A stretch of 63,574 nt of DNA, filler included, from Candidatus Eiseniibacteriota bacterium (GCA_043809585.1; 5 parts of 5 records of this genome joined end to end with filler, not necessarily neighbours in it); one strand, 5' to 3'. Shown: positions 8,584 to 19,049, numbered from the whole stretch's first letter. The notes: a model not told the origin generated them from the letters alone. Translations and numbers: made by a program.

Positions 8584-11295
8584 GTGGTGGTGGGCAGTCA
8601 ATCTCGGCCGGAGCGGCGGCATGGCGGCATCGGGCTTGCCGTACGCATCCTCGCCCTCTCCCTGGCGGTCTTGTCGGGGTGTGAATCGAAAGACGACGGG
8701 CCGACCGGCCCGGGCGCCCTTCGCACGGACGATCCCACGGTCGATGCGGGGGCGGGCGCGCTTCTCGCCGACGGAGTGTCCGGGAAGGAAGTGAACGCGT
8801 ACGTCCGGAGCGAGGGGGGCACCCCGCTCCGCAACGTGGTGGTTCGATTCGAAGTGGACGCCGGATCCATCACGCCGGTGGCGACGACGAATTCGGACGG
8901 CCGCGCGACGGCGACCTGGACGAGTGAGTACTCGGCTTCGGACGCCGCGGTCCGGATCTGCGCCTCCATTCCCGACGAGGTCGACTCGAGCGCCCTGTCG
9001 TTTCTTAAGTCGGACTACGAACGGCCCCGTCCCGAGGACCAGGAAGACGCGCTCATCGTCCTTCTCGCGACGGGCCCCGCGAAGGCGTCCGCCGCCGGGG
9101 AGGCCGCCGCCGTCCTAGGCGACAGGTCCGTCTGCGCCGTCGACACCATGCGGGGCGTCACGGTCCTTCTCTCCGCGGCTCCCGGCCAGATCCCCGCCGA
9201 CGGTGTCAGCGCCGCGATGATCCGGGCCGACGTTCGGGAAACCACCCGGGGCGTGCCGGTGCCGGGCCTCTCGGTCGGCTTCGGGACGACCGCGGGAAGC
9301 GTGGAGTCCGCAAAGGAGACGGACGGGCAGGGGATCGCCCTCGCGCGGCTCACGGGTAAGGCGGCCGTCGACACGGCGACCGTCAGGGCCTACGTCGGCG
9401 GCGTGGCGGCCGCGACGACGAGCGTTCCCTTCCGGCCGATCGTCGCGACTCTCGGGGCGGCGCCCGGCCGGATCCCCGCGGACGGCGCCGCGACGGCGGA
9501 CGTGATCGCCGCCTTCCTCTCGGAGGAGCGGGCGCCCTTGCCGGGTGTTCTCGTGACCTTCGAGACCGACCGGGGCGTGATCGCCTCCCCCGTGACGACC
9601 GGCGGCGACGGCCGGGCGATCGCGAAGCTGACGAGCGCCCCCGAGCCGGGGACCGCCCGGGTGATCGCCCGGTACGCAGGAGGCCCGGTGGACACGGTGG
9701 AAGTGGACTTCGTGAATGATTTCCGGCCCGCCCGGGTCGTCCTCTCCTCCGAGCCCTCGGCGATCACGGCGAACGGCGTGAGCGGCGCGACCCTACGGGC
9801 GACGGTCCTTGACTCGACGGGCGCCTACGTCATGGACGGCACGCCGGTATGGTTCCAGATTCTCTCCGGCGGCGGGGTCGTGCCCGGCCAGGTCGGGACC
9901 GAGTCGGGAACAGCCACGGCGGGCCTGACGAGCGGGACGGCGACGGGCATCGCGACGGTTCGCGCTTTCGCCGGGACCGCCGCGGACACGGTGGAGGTCC
10001 GGTACGTCGCCGGCCCGCCCGCGATGATCCTCGTCTCCGCCAACCCGGCCGCCCTCATCGGAAACGGGATCGAAAGGTCGTCGATCACGGCGTCCGTGAT
10101 CGACGCCTTCGGCAACCCGCTGCCCGCCGGCCGCGAGGTCCGATTCGAGGCGACCCGGGGCGAGATCGAGCCCTCGGCGCCGACCGACTCGTTCGGAATC
10201 GCCACGGCCGCTTACACCGCCGGTTTCGGAGGCGGGAACGCGAAGATCACCGTCCGGGCGGGGGACGCGCCGAACGTCGTCTCGGCCCATCTCACACTCG
10301 GTCTCCTTTCGGGCCCGCCGACGGCGATCCTCCTCGACTCGCTGAACCACGAAGAGATCCGGATTCAGGGGACGGGCTATCCCGAAGCGGCGACCATGGT
10401 CTTCCGCGTCTACGACGCGAACGGCGTACCGATCGGCCCGGGCACACCGGCGGCGATCACCTTCGATCTGGCGGCCATGACCGACGGTGGCGGGGAGTAC
10501 CTCTACCCGGCGGCGGACACGACCGACGAGTGGGGGAGGGTGCGGACGACGCTGAATTCCGGAACCCGGCCCGGCGTGACGGAGACCATCGCCCGCATCG
10601 CCAATCCCTTCATCGAGTCCCAGCTGGTCCCTGTGGCGATCCACGGCTTCCTGCCCGATCCGGCCCACCTGGACCTTGCGGCGGACACGCTCAATATTCC
10701 GGGGCTGATTTACGACGGCTGGGAGAATCCGATCACGGCGTTCGTCTTCGACAGGTTCACCAACCCGGTGCCGGCGGGAACGGCGGTTTACTTCTCCGTA
10801 TCCCACGGGGGCATCGAAGGGTCGGCCGTGACCGACTCGCTCGGACGGGCGACAGTCACCCTCGTCACCTTGAGGCCCCGCCCCGCAGACGGTTTCATGT
10901 ACATCGTCGCCCAGACGGCCGATTCCCTCGGCCATGCGATTCGCGACACGACGTGGATTCTCTGGAGCGGCAACACGATTCCCATCACGGTGGATCCTGA
11001 GTCGTTCGCGATCGCCGACGGCGGCTCCCAGTACTTCACGTACCATGTGAGCGACTTCAACGGGAATCCCCTCACCCAGCACACCACCGTCGCGGTGAGC
11101 GCCACGAGCGGCACCCTCGCCGGGGACATCGACTTCGACCTGCCCGACGCGATCGGGGGAACCACGGACTTCGGCTTCTATCTCGGCGATGCCACTCCGG
11201 GGGACCCGATCCCGCCGGTGCCGGTCTTCGTCACGATCTCGGTCACGAGCTTGAACGGGGACGCGTCGATCACCATTCCCGGCACGATCGACTAG
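8584..11295 (+). CDS. Lipoprotein with multiple Big_1 (invasin/intimin-type Ig-like) domains
   Basis: RBS AAAGGAGG; lipobox LAVLSGC; repeated IPADG..A.I.A.V..G..V.F.T..G..TD..G.A.A.LT modules. Confidence 0.85.
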   Translation: MVVGSQSRPERRHGGIGLAVRILALSLAVLSGCESKDDGPTGPGALRTDDPTVDAGAGALLADGVSGKEVNAYVRSEGGTPLRNVVVRFEVDAGSITPVATTNSDGRATATWTSEYSASDAAVRICASIPDEVDSSALSFLKSDYERPRPEDQEDALIVLLATGPAKASAAGEAAAVLGDRSVCAVDTMRGVTVLLSAAPGQIPADGVSAAMIRADVRETTRGVPVPGLSVGFGTTAGSVESAKETDGQGIALARLTGKAAVDTATVRAYVGGVAAATTSVPFRPIVATLGAAPGRIPADGAATADVIAAFLSEERAPLPGVLVTFETDRGVIASPVTTGGDGRAIAKLTSAPEPGTARVIARYAGGPVDTVEVDFVNDFRPARVVLSSEPSAITANGVSGATLRATVLDSTGAYVMDGTPVWFQILSGGGVVPGQVGTESGTATAGLTSGTATGIATVRAFAGTAADTVEVRYVAGPPAMILVSANPAALIGNGIERSSITASVIDAFGNPLPAGREVRFEATRGEIEPSAPTDSFGIATAAYTAGFGGGNAKITVRAGDAPNVVSAHLTLGLLSGPPTAILLDSLNHEEIRIQGTGYPEAATMVFRVYDANGVPIGPGTPAAITFDLAAMTDGGGEYLYPAADTTDEWGRVRTTLNSGTRPGVTETIARIANPFIESQLVPVAIHGFLPDPAHLDLAADTLNIPGLIYDGWENPITAFVFDRFTNPVPAGTAVYFSVSHGGIEGSAVTDSLGRATVTLVTLRPRPADGFMYIVAQTADSLGHAIRDTTWILWSGNTIPITVDPESFAIADGGSQYFTYHVSDFNGNPLTQHTTVAVSATSGTLAGDIDFDLPDAIGGTTDFGFYLGDATPGDPIPPVPVFVTISVTSLNGDASITIPGTID

Positions 11296-11324
11296 GCTCG
11301 ATCGGTAGCAGACGTCCATCTACG

Positions 11325-11354
11325 GCGCCCTCCCACCGGGGAGGGCGCTTTTTT
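11325..11354 (+). terminator. Rho-independent terminator
   Basis: GCGCCCTCCC-ACCG-GGGAGGGCGC followed by T6. Confidence 0.85.
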
Positions 11355-11529
11355 GGGTCCCCGGCGCGTGTGTCGCTCCCGCACCCTGGGCAGCCGGAGG
11401 TTCCCGGCTCGGGTCTTTGGCGGCCGAATATCGAGGGAGGGCCCTCCCCGGCGTCTGGAGACCCCGAGTATCGCTAACTTTATTCAAATGAATTGGTTGT
11501 CTTTTTTTTGCCCCCTCCGTCGTTTTTGT

Positions 11530-11559
11530 TTGACAGGGTCCGGGGGCGCTCCCTATAGT
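11530..11559 (+). promoter_or_regulatory. Sigma70-type promoter for nrdJ
   Basis: TTGACA-18 nt-TATAGT with a T-rich upstream tract. Confidence 0.65.
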
Positions 11560-11567
11560 GCGAGACA

Positions 11568-11614
11568 GCGGCAGATGTTGTAGTTCGGGCTTCTCTAGAT
11601 ACCATATATTGAAG
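11568..11614 (+). promoter_or_regulatory. Tandem NrdR boxes
   Basis: GCAGATGTTG (11571) and CCATATATTG (11602), 31 bp apart, resembling the CwAtATaTwG core; just downstream of the -10 and upstream of an RNR gene. Confidence 0.65.
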
Positions 11615-11954
11615 AGGGTTCCACCCGCTTCCTGAGTCGCGGACGAAGAATCGGCCCTTAATCCATTGATCTACAAGGGCTTGGAAGTTCTGCGCGGTCT
11701 CGGGACAAGGGGCCTCTTTCCCCTGGATAGGGGGATGATTCGGAGAAGCCTCCACTTCGGACGAAGAGTCTCTGCTTGGAAACGACGGGACGCAGCGCCC
11801 GGCGAACCGTTATCGAAAAGAAACAGGGAGTTCCCCGACCCGTCGCCTCGGTGCGGTTCTGATCGCGCCCCGTTCGCGACCCCGTTCCCGACGGTGATGC
11901 GTCGGCCGGAGCCCTCACGTGGTTGGGGATGTCGGTGTGATTTCGAGGGAAGCC

Positions 11955-14681
11955 ATGGGAGAGGCAGCATTCAACTTCGCGGTGCGAGAGGACGGATTGG
12001 GGTTTCAGAGGGTCTACACGACCGCCGGCACCCATCCCTTCGACCAGGTCGAATGGGAGAAGCGCCAGGCGACGATCAACAACGAGAAGGGCGAGGTCGT
12101 CTTCGAGAAGAAGAACCTCGAGTTCCCCACGTTCTGGTCCCAGCTGGCCACGAACGTGACGGTGTCGAAGTATTTTCACAAGACGAAGCCGGTCCCGAAA
12201 GGGGAGACCAGCCTGAGGCAGCTGATCTCCCGTGTGGCCGACACCATCGCCGCCTGGGGATGGGAGGGGGGATACTTCGCCGCCGAGGAGGACCGGGACG
12301 TCTTTCATCACGAGCTGATCTACCTGCTCCTCCACCAAAACGCCTCCTTTAACAGTCCGGTTTGGTTCAACGTGGGGGTCGAGAAGAAGCCCCAGGGCTC
12401 GGCGTGTTTCATCAATTCCGTCGAGGACCGGATGGAGTCGATCCTCTCGCTCGCCAAGACCGAGGGGATGCTCTTCAAGTACGGATCGGGCACGGGGACG
12501 AACCTGTCGCCGATCCGCTCCTCCCGGGAGAAGCTCTCGAGCGGCGGCGCCTGCTCGGGGCCGGTGTCGTTCATGAAAGGGTACGACGCCTTCGCCGGCG
12601 TGATCAAATCGGGGGGCAAGACCCGCCGGGCGGCGAAGATGGTCATCCTCGACATGCACCACCCGGACATCGTCGAGTTCATCCGGTGCAAGGCGGGGGA
12701 AGAGAAGAAGGCGTGGGCCCTGATCGACGCCGGCTACGATCCCTCCCTCGACGGCGAGGCATACGCCTCCGTCTTCTTCCAGAACTCGAACAACAGCGTG
12801 CGGGCCACCGACGACTTCATGAACGCCGTCCTCGAGGACAAGGAGTGGCGGACCCGGGCGGTGGCCGGCGGCGACGTGATCGAGACCTTCAAGGCCCGTG
12901 ACATGATGGGCATGGTCGCCGATGCGGCCCATGTCTGCGGCGATCCGGGCATGCAGTTCGACACGACGATCAACGACTGGCACACCTGCCCGAACACGGC
13001 CCGGATCAACGCGTCCAACCCGTGCTCCGAATACATGTTCCTCGACGACTCGGCGTGCAATCTGGCGTCGCTCAATCTCATGAGATACCGGAAGGAGGAC
13101 GGCTCCTTCGACGTGGAGCGGTTCTTCCACTCCGTGGACATCATGATCACGGCCCAGGAGATCGTGGTCGAGAAGGCGAGCTATCCGACGAAGGCGATCG
13201 AGGAGAACTCCCAGCAGTACCGGCCTCTCGGCCTCGGCTACGCGAACCTCGGCGCCCTGCTCATGTCGAACGGCCTCCCCTACGATTCGGAGGAGGGCCG
13301 CGCGTACGCGGCGGCGGTGACGTCGCTCCTCGGCGGCCGGGCGTACCTGCAGTCGGCGCGCCTCGCGGCCAAGATGGGGCCCTTCGCCGGTTACGAGAAG
13401 AACCAGGAAGCCATGCTCCGGGTGATGCGGAAGCACGCCGCCGCCGCGAAGGAGATCCCGGCGGACCACCTGCCGAGCGCCCTCTGGGATGCGTCGGAAC
13501 AGGTGTGGAAGCGGGTCGTCGACGAGGGGAAGAAGCACGGCTTCCGGAACGCCCAGGTGACGGTGCTCGCGCCGACCGGCACGATCGGCTTTATGATGGA
13601 TTGCGACACGACCGGCATCGAGCCGGATATCGCCCTCGTGAAGTACAAGAAGCTCGTCGGCGGGGGCATGATGAAGATCGTGAACCGGACCGCGCCGCAG
13701 GCGCTGAAGGTGCTCGGATACGACGGCGCCCACGTGGCGGAGATCCTCGACTACATCGACAAGAACGACATGATCGAAGGGGCGCCGGGTTTGAAGGACC
13801 GGCACCTGCCGGTCTTCGACTGCGCCTTCAAGCCCCGGGACGGGGTGCGCTCGATCTCCTACATGGGGCACATCCGGATGATGGGCGCCGTGCAGCCCTT
13901 CCTGTCGGGGGCGATCTCCAAGACCGTCAACATGCCGACCGAGGCGACTCCGGAAGAGGTGAAGAGCGCGTACATCGAGGCGTGGAAGCTCGGCGTGAAG
14001 GCGATCGCGATCTACCGTGACGGGTCGAAGCGGACCCAGCCTCTCACGACGAAGGAGCGGAAGGCGAAGACGGATGTGGGCAAGGCGGTCCGGCGCCGCC
14101 TACCGGACGAGCGGCGGTCGATCACCCACAAGCTCTCCATCGGGGGGCACGAGGGTTACGTGACGGTCGGGTGCTACGAGGACGGGATGCCGGGCGAGCT
14201 GTTCCTCACCATGTCGAAGGAGGGGTCGGTGGTGTCCGGTCTCATGGACGCGTTCGCGACGAGCGTTTCCATGGCCCTCCAGTACGGCGTTCCCCTCGAG
14301 GTGCTCTGCTCGAAATTCAGCCATATGCGTTTTGAACCGTCGGGATTCACGAACAACAAGGAGATCCCGATCGCGAAGTCGACGCTCGATTACATCTTCC
14401 GGTGGCTCTCGCTGAAGTTCCTGACCGACAAGGCGGGCGCCGACGGGGAGGAGGCCGCGGCGCTTCAGACGGAGTTGTTCGAGAGCGATCCGCCGGAGAA
14501 CGGCGGGAGCGGCGCGACGGCGCTCCACCTGCACAACGTGGAGAGCATCGAGGCGCGGGAGAAGGCGGTCTTCCAGGCCCAGTCGGACGCGCCGGCCTGT
14601 TTCGAGTGCGGTTCATTGATGGTGCGAAACGGTTCGTGCTACCGTTGCGACAACTGCGGCTCCACGTCGGGCTGCAGTTAG
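11955..14681 (+). CDS. nrdJ: Vitamin B12-dependent (class II) ribonucleotide reductase
   Basis: FNSPVWFN, SACFI, ASNPCSEY, LGLGYANLG, APTGTI, SKTVN, YRDGS; C-terminal TSCPD domain and Cys-rich CFEC..CDNC..GCS tail. Confidence 0.95.
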   Translation: MGEAAFNFAVREDGLGFQRVYTTAGTHPFDQVEWEKRQATINNEKGEVVFEKKNLEFPTFWSQLATNVTVSKYFHKTKPVPKGETSLRQLISRVADTIAAWGWEGGYFAAEEDRDVFHHELIYLLLHQNASFNSPVWFNVGVEKKPQGSACFINSVEDRMESILSLAKTEGMLFKYGSGTGTNLSPIRSSREKLSSGGACSGPVSFMKGYDAFAGVIKSGGKTRRAAKMVILDMHHPDIVEFIRCKAGEEKKAWALIDAGYDPSLDGEAYASVFFQNSNNSVRATDDFMNAVLEDKEWRTRAVAGGDVIETFKARDMMGMVADAAHVCGDPGMQFDTTINDWHTCPNTARINASNPCSEYMFLDDSACNLASLNLMRYRKEDGSFDVERFFHSVDIMITAQEIVVEKASYPTKAIEENSQQYRPLGLGYANLGALLMSNGLPYDSEEGRAYAAAVTSLLGGRAYLQSARLAAKMGPFAGYEKNQEAMLRVMRKHAAAAKEIPADHLPSALWDASEQVWKRVVDEGKKHGFRNAQVTVLAPTGTIGFMMDCDTTGIEPDIALVKYKKLVGGGMMKIVNRTAPQALKVLGYDGAHVAEILDYIDKNDMIEGAPGLKDRHLPVFDCAFKPRDGVRSISYMGHIRMMGAVQPFLSGAISKTVNMPTEATPEEVKSAYIEAWKLGVKAIAIYRDGSKRTQPLTTKERKAKTDVGKAVRRRLPDERRSITHKLSIGGHEGYVTVGCYEDGMPGELFLTMSKEGSVVSGLMDAFATSVSMALQYGVPLEVLCSKFSHMRFEPSGFTNNKEIPIAKSTLDYIFRWLSLKFLTDKAGADGEEAAALQTELFESDPPENGGSGATALHLHNVESIEAREKAVFQAQSDAPACFECGSLMVRNGSCYRCDNCGSTSGCS

Positions 14682-14940
14682 CCAGGACTATACATTAATC
14701 TCCTGCTGCGGCCCCGGATCGTGGGCTGCGAGGCCTTCTTTCCGACGCCGCTTTCTCAACGGGGCTTCGGGCCCCGCCTCCGGGAGCGGAAGTCCGACCG
14801 CGCCGGGGTACCCGTCAGAGCGAAGCGACGACGGGTCGGCGCCGGGAGTACCCGGAGCGCGGAAGCGCGAAGGGTGAAAGTCGGCCTCTCGCCAGACGAT
14901 CCGTGCCCTCACGACGGAGATTCATGTATAGTCCTGGCTA
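14679..14940 (+). repeat. Family A copy A2 carrying an 87-nt internal insert (14790-14876)
   Basis: Perfect 17-bp terminal IR TAGCCAGGACTATACAT/ATGTATAGTCCTGGCTA; starts on the nrdJ TAG. Confidence 0.9.
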
Positions 14941-15150
14941 GGATTCAGATCTCCGGGAGATGAATATGGAGATGGGGCCGGGTCACTTCCGCGTCGACCC
15001 GCCTCGTCGAGGCCCCGCGGGTTTCTACTCGCGGGGTTCTTCTATAGTGGTCGTACGGGCGGGGCACTCCATACCCCCGTTCGTCCTGAGTGCCGCCCGG
15101 TCCTCTGGGCGGTGTATCGAAGGACGAACCGGCGCGACAATACCTTAATT

Positions 15151-15186
15151 GTCGCCGGATGCTCGGATCCGGCGACGGGGCTTGCC
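15151..15186 (+). repeat. Short hairpin repeat (second copy 63233-63268)
   Basis: GTCGCCGGATGCTCGGATCCGGCGACGGGGCTTGCC vs GTCACCGGATGCTTGGATCCGGCGACGGGGCTTGCC; ends at a contig break. Confidence 0.75.
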
Positions 15187-15286
15187 NNNNNNNNNNNNNN
15201 NNNNNNNNNNNNNNNNNNNNNNNNNNNNNNTTAATTAATTAANNNNNNNNNNNNNNNNNNNNNNNNNNNNNNNNNNNNNNNNNNNN

Positions 15287-15438
15287 GAGTGCGTCAGATG
15301 CGGCAGCGCGCAGCATTCACCAAGCAGAGCATATCCAACGATATGTGAGCATTGGTGAATGCGAGCACTGTCGCAGATGGCGTGCTATCATGCGAGCGTC
15401 AGCGTTTTGAGCCGAGATTTTATGAAAGATCAAGGCTA
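15287..15438 (+). repeat. ERIC-like family B copy B1 (left end lost at contig break)
   Basis: Differs from 34255-34406 at two positions; homologous to the full copy at 55726-55918; ends in TA. Confidence 0.9.
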
Positions 15439-15493
15439 GCATGGTCTCTTTCGCGCCCCCTCGTGGGGGAGAGGGAAGAGATCGAGGTGCCCC

Positions 15494-16831
15494 ATGACTT
15501 CCGTGGTCCTGATCGGCAACACGGTGTTCTCTCCGGGAGCGGCTTCCCCCGTCTTCGCGCCGGGCGCGGTGCGCGTCGACTCGGGGACGATCACCCACGT
15601 CGGGGACCCCGGCGATGTCCCCCGGGAGGGGGCGGAGGTCATCGAAGACCGGGGGGTGGTTCTCGTCCCCGGCCTCGCCAACGCCCACACCCATCTCTAC
15701 AGCACTCTCGCCCGGGGGATGCCCTTCCCCGGCGGCCCGCCGGCGTCGTTTCGGGAGATCTTGGAGCGGGTCTGGTGGAAATGGGACAAGATCCTGGACC
15801 TTGACGCCGTGGAGATGAATGCCCGGGCGGGATTGATCGAGGCGGCGCGCTCGGGAGTCACGGCGGTCAACGACCATCACGCCGGGCCCCGTTCGATCGC
15901 GGGGTCCCTCGACCGGATCGCGGGGGCGGCGGAGGAAACGGGCGTTCGGGTCGCCCTCGCCTACGAGGTTTCCGACCGGGACGGCCCGGAGGTCCGCGAC
16001 CGGGGCCTCGAAGAGAACGAGCGGTTCGCGGAGCGACTCGAGAAGGCCCCCTCCCCCCGTCTCGCCTCCACCACCGGCGCCCACGCCTCATTCACCCTCT
16101 CGGACGAGACGCTCGGCCGTCTTGCCGTCCTCGCGGAGAAGACCGGGAGGCCGGTCCACATCCACATGGACGAGGGGCCCGAGGATGGGGAAGACGCCCG
16201 GGCCCGGGGGGAGCGGAGCACGACGACCCGCCTCGCGAAGCGGGGAGTGCTCCGGCGGGGAGCGATGGTCGCCCACGCCGTGCACATCGACGGCGAGGAC
16301 CGGGCGGACCTCTCCCGCCTCGGCGTCTTCGTCTCCCACAATCCGCTGTCGAACGGCGGGAACGCCGTCGGCCGGGCGGACGTCCCCGCGATGCTCCGGG
16401 CCGGCGTCGATGTCGGCCTCGGAACGGACGGCATGGCGGGGGGCCTCGCGGGGGACGCCGCCGCCGCGGGAGCGGCGCACCGGATGGCGGGCGGGGACCG
16501 GTCGATCCCCTTCGACCTTCCCGCACGACTCGTGTTCGGCGGGAGCGCCCGGCTCGCGTCGCGCCTCTTCGGGGAGACCTTCGGCGTCCTCGCCCCCGGC
16601 GCCGCCGGGGATGTGGCGGCCGTCCGTTACGGCCCGCCGACGCCCATCGACGAAACGAACGGGGCCGCCCACTGGCAGCTCGGCGTCCTCCACGCCCCGG
16701 TGGAGCACCTGGTCGTCGCCGGGCGGATCGTTCTCCGGGAAGGGCGATTCCCGGACCTGTCGGAAGAGGAGATTCTCGGCCGCGCCCGGGAAACGGCGCG
16801 CCGGCTGTGGAAAGAGATGAACCGCCCGTGA
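15494..16831 (+). CDS. ssnA: Amidohydrolase of the SsnA family
   Basis: PGLANAHTHLYSTLARG, DHHA, GAHASFTLSD, HIH.DE, GLGTDG; context with ygeY/ygeW/yqeB. Confidence 0.8.
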   Translation: MTSVVLIGNTVFSPGAASPVFAPGAVRVDSGTITHVGDPGDVPREGAEVIEDRGVVLVPGLANAHTHLYSTLARGMPFPGGPPASFREILERVWWKWDKILDLDAVEMNARAGLIEAARSGVTAVNDHHAGPRSIAGSLDRIAGAAEETGVRVALAYEVSDRDGPEVRDRGLEENERFAERLEKAPSPRLASTTGAHASFTLSDETLGRLAVLAEKTGRPVHIHMDEGPEDGEDARARGERSTTTRLAKRGVLRRGAMVAHAVHIDGEDRADLSRLGVFVSHNPLSNGGNAVGRADVPAMLRAGVDVGLGTDGMAGGLAGDAAAAGAAHRMAGGDRSIPFDLPARLVFGGSARLASRLFGETFGVLAPGAAGDVAAVRYGPPTPIDETNGAAHWQLGVLHAPVEHLVVAGRIVLREGRFPDLSEEEILGRARETARRLWKEMNRP

Positions 16832-16859
16832 GCGCGCGGGCCGAAGGACGGGGGAATCA

Positions 16860-18065
16860 TTGAGAAGGGCGATCCTCGATCGCGCGGGCGGCTACGAGAA
16901 ACGGGTGGTCCGCTTTCTGCGCGACATCGTGAAGATCCCCTCGCCGAGCGGCGGGGAGGAGGCCGTGGTGCAGCGCATCGGCTCGGAGATGAGCGGCCTC
17001 GGCTACGACGAGGTGCGCACCGACCGCATCGGGAACATCATCGGCCGGATCGGGAGGGGCCCGAAAACGCTCCTCTTCGATTCCCACATCGACACGGTGG
17101 GGATCGGAGACCCGGCGTCGTGGCCCTTCGACCCCTACCGGGGGCGCTACGAAGACGGCGTCGTTCACGGCCGCGGGACCTCGGACAACAAGGGGGGCAT
17201 CGCCGCCATGGTGTACGGCGGCCGACTCATCCGGGATCTCGCCGCCGACGGCGGCTTCACGATCCTCGTCGTCGGGTCGGTCATGGAGGAGGACTGCGAC
17301 GGCCTCTGCTACAAATCGATGATCGAGGAAGAGCGGATCCGGCCCGACTTCGTCGTTCTCGGCGAGGCGACGGGCCTCCGGATCTACCGCGGACACCGGG
17401 GCCGGGTGGAGATGAAGGTGACCGTCCGGGGGCGCTCGTGCCACGCGAGCGCGCCGGAGCGGGGGAAGAACCCGGTCTACGCCATGGCGCCGATCGTGGG
17501 GGGGATCGAGAGGTTGAACGACCGCCTGAAGGACGACCCGTTCCTCGGCAAGGGGACCGTGGCGGTCACGAAGATCGAGTGCGACACCCCTTCCCTGAAC
17601 GCCGTCCCCGACCGGGCGACGATCTACCTCGACCGGCGACTGACGGCGGGGGAGACGAAGAAGTCGGCCCTCGCCGAGGTTCGGGGCGTGGTCGGCAGGG
17701 CCGGGCTCGCGGAGATCCTCGAGTACCGCCGGCCGAGCTGGACCGGCCACGTTCTTCCCATGGAGAAGTACTTTCCCTCCTGGGTTCTTCCGGAGGACCA
17801 TCCCCTCGTGGAGGCCGGAGTCGACGCCTTCCGGAATCTCTTCCGCCGGAAACCGGTTGTGGGCCGCTGGGTCTCCTCCACGAACGGAACCTACACCATG
17901 GGCATCGCCGGCATTCCCACCATCGGGCTCGGCCCCTCGGAGGAGCGCTACGCCCACTCCGTCAAGGACCGCTGCCCGGCGGACCATCTCGTACGCGCGG
18001 CCGCGTTCTACGCCGCCCTTCCGTGGGCGCTCCGGGCGCGGCTCGAAGAAGGACCGAGGAAATGA
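16860..18065 (+). CDS. ygeY: YgeY-family M20 metallohydrolase
   Basis: DSHIDTVG, GRGTSDNKGG, EEDCDGL, IYRGHRGR, HASAPERG, STNG. Confidence 0.88.
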   Translation: MRRAILDRAGGYEKRVVRFLRDIVKIPSPSGGEEAVVQRIGSEMSGLGYDEVRTDRIGNIIGRIGRGPKTLLFDSHIDTVGIGDPASWPFDPYRGRYEDGVVHGRGTSDNKGGIAAMVYGGRLIRDLAADGGFTILVVGSVMEEDCDGLCYKSMIEEERIRPDFVVLGEATGLRIYRGHRGRVEMKVTVRGRSCHASAPERGKNPVYAMAPIVGGIERLNDRLKDDPFLGKGTVAVTKIECDTPSLNAVPDRATIYLDRRLTAGETKKSALAEVRGVVGRAGLAEILEYRRPSWTGHVLPMEKYFPSWVLPEDHPLVEAGVDAFRNLFRRKPVVGRWVSSTNGTYTMGIAGIPTIGLGPSEERYAHSVKDRCPADHLVRAAAFYAALPWALRARLEEGPRK

Positions 18066-19045
18066 CCAACGATCTGAAGGGTCGCCACTACATCGAGACG
18101 AGCGACTGGAGCGACGGCGAGATCGAGACCGCCCTCCGCGCGTCGGCGGAGTTGAAAGAGAAGTTCAAGAGAGGGGAGCCTCACCGGCACCTGCCGGACA
18201 AGACGATCTTTCTCCTCTTCTTCGACAAGTCGACCCGCACCAGGAACAGCTTCGAGGCGGGCATCACCCAGCTCGGCGGTCACGCGCACTTCATCACGAG
18301 CGAGACGAGCCAGGTCTCCCACGGCGAGAGTCCCCGGGATACGGGCATCATCCTCTCCCGGTACGGCCACGGCATCGCCATACGGCACGACCTGGTCCCG
18401 GGCGAGGGGAACGCCTACATGCGGGAGGTGGCGAAGCACGCGGAGAAGCCGGTCATCAACATGCAGTGCGACGTCGACCACCCGTGCCAGACCCTCGCCG
18501 ACCTCATGACGATCCGGGAGCGCTTCGGGGAGAACCTGAAGGGGATGAAGATCGCCGTTTCCTGGGCGTACGCGCCTTCCTACGCGAAGCCCATGTCCGT
18601 CCCCCAAGGTCTCGCCATGCTCATGACCCGGTTCGGCATGGACGTGGTGCTCGCCCACCCGCCGGAGTTCGCGCTCATGCCCCACACGATGGAGCGGGCG
18701 AGGGAAAACGCCGCCCGCTCGGGCGGATCCTTCCGGGTCGTCGGGTCCATGGAAGAGGCCTTCGACGGGGCGCACGTGGTCTACCCGAAGAGCTGGGGAT
18801 GCGCCGATCTCTTCGGCGCGCCGGAGAAATCCCTGGAGCTCGCGAAGAACTACAAGAGTTGGATCTGCGACGAGAAGATCATGGAGCGCGCCCACGAGGA
18901 CTCGATCTACATGCACTGCCTCCCCGCCGACCGGGGGAGCGAGGTGACGGATGCCGTCATCGACGGGCCGCGGTCGGTGGTCTTCGACGAGGCCGAGAAC
19001 CGGCTGCACACGGCGAAGGCCCTCATGGCCCTTACCATGGAGTGA
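18062..19045 (+). CDS. ygeW: YgeW-like (knotted) carbamoyltransferase
   Basis: STRTR, HPCQ, WAYAPSYAKPMSVPQ (YgeW-type), HCLPAD. Confidence 0.75.
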   Translation: MTNDLKGRHYIETSDWSDGEIETALRASAELKEKFKRGEPHRHLPDKTIFLLFFDKSTRTRNSFEAGITQLGGHAHFITSETSQVSHGESPRDTGIILSRYGHGIAIRHDLVPGEGNAYMREVAKHAEKPVINMQCDVDHPCQTLADLMTIRERFGENLKGMKIAVSWAYAPSYAKPMSVPQGLAMLMTRFGMDVVLAHPPEFALMPHTMERARENAARSGGSFRVVGSMEEAFDGAHVVYPKSWGCADLFGAPEKSLELAKNYKSWICDEKIMERAHEDSIYMHCLPADRGSEVTDAVIDGPRSVVFDEAENRLHTAKALMALTME

Positions 19046-19049
19046 CGAC

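Noticed and set aside
11615-11954. Cobalamin riboswitch in the long nrdJ leader
   Set aside because: AAACAGGGAG resembles part of the motif, but I could not find the conserved B12-box or GCCCCCGC/ACTGT elements
11658-13871. Long antisense and alternate-frame ORFs (also 6405-8114, 22197-24245, 46321-48339, 59076-61235 and others)
   Set aside because: Shadow ORFs expected in high-GC DNA; Arg/Pro/Gly-rich, overlapping well-supported genes, no motifs
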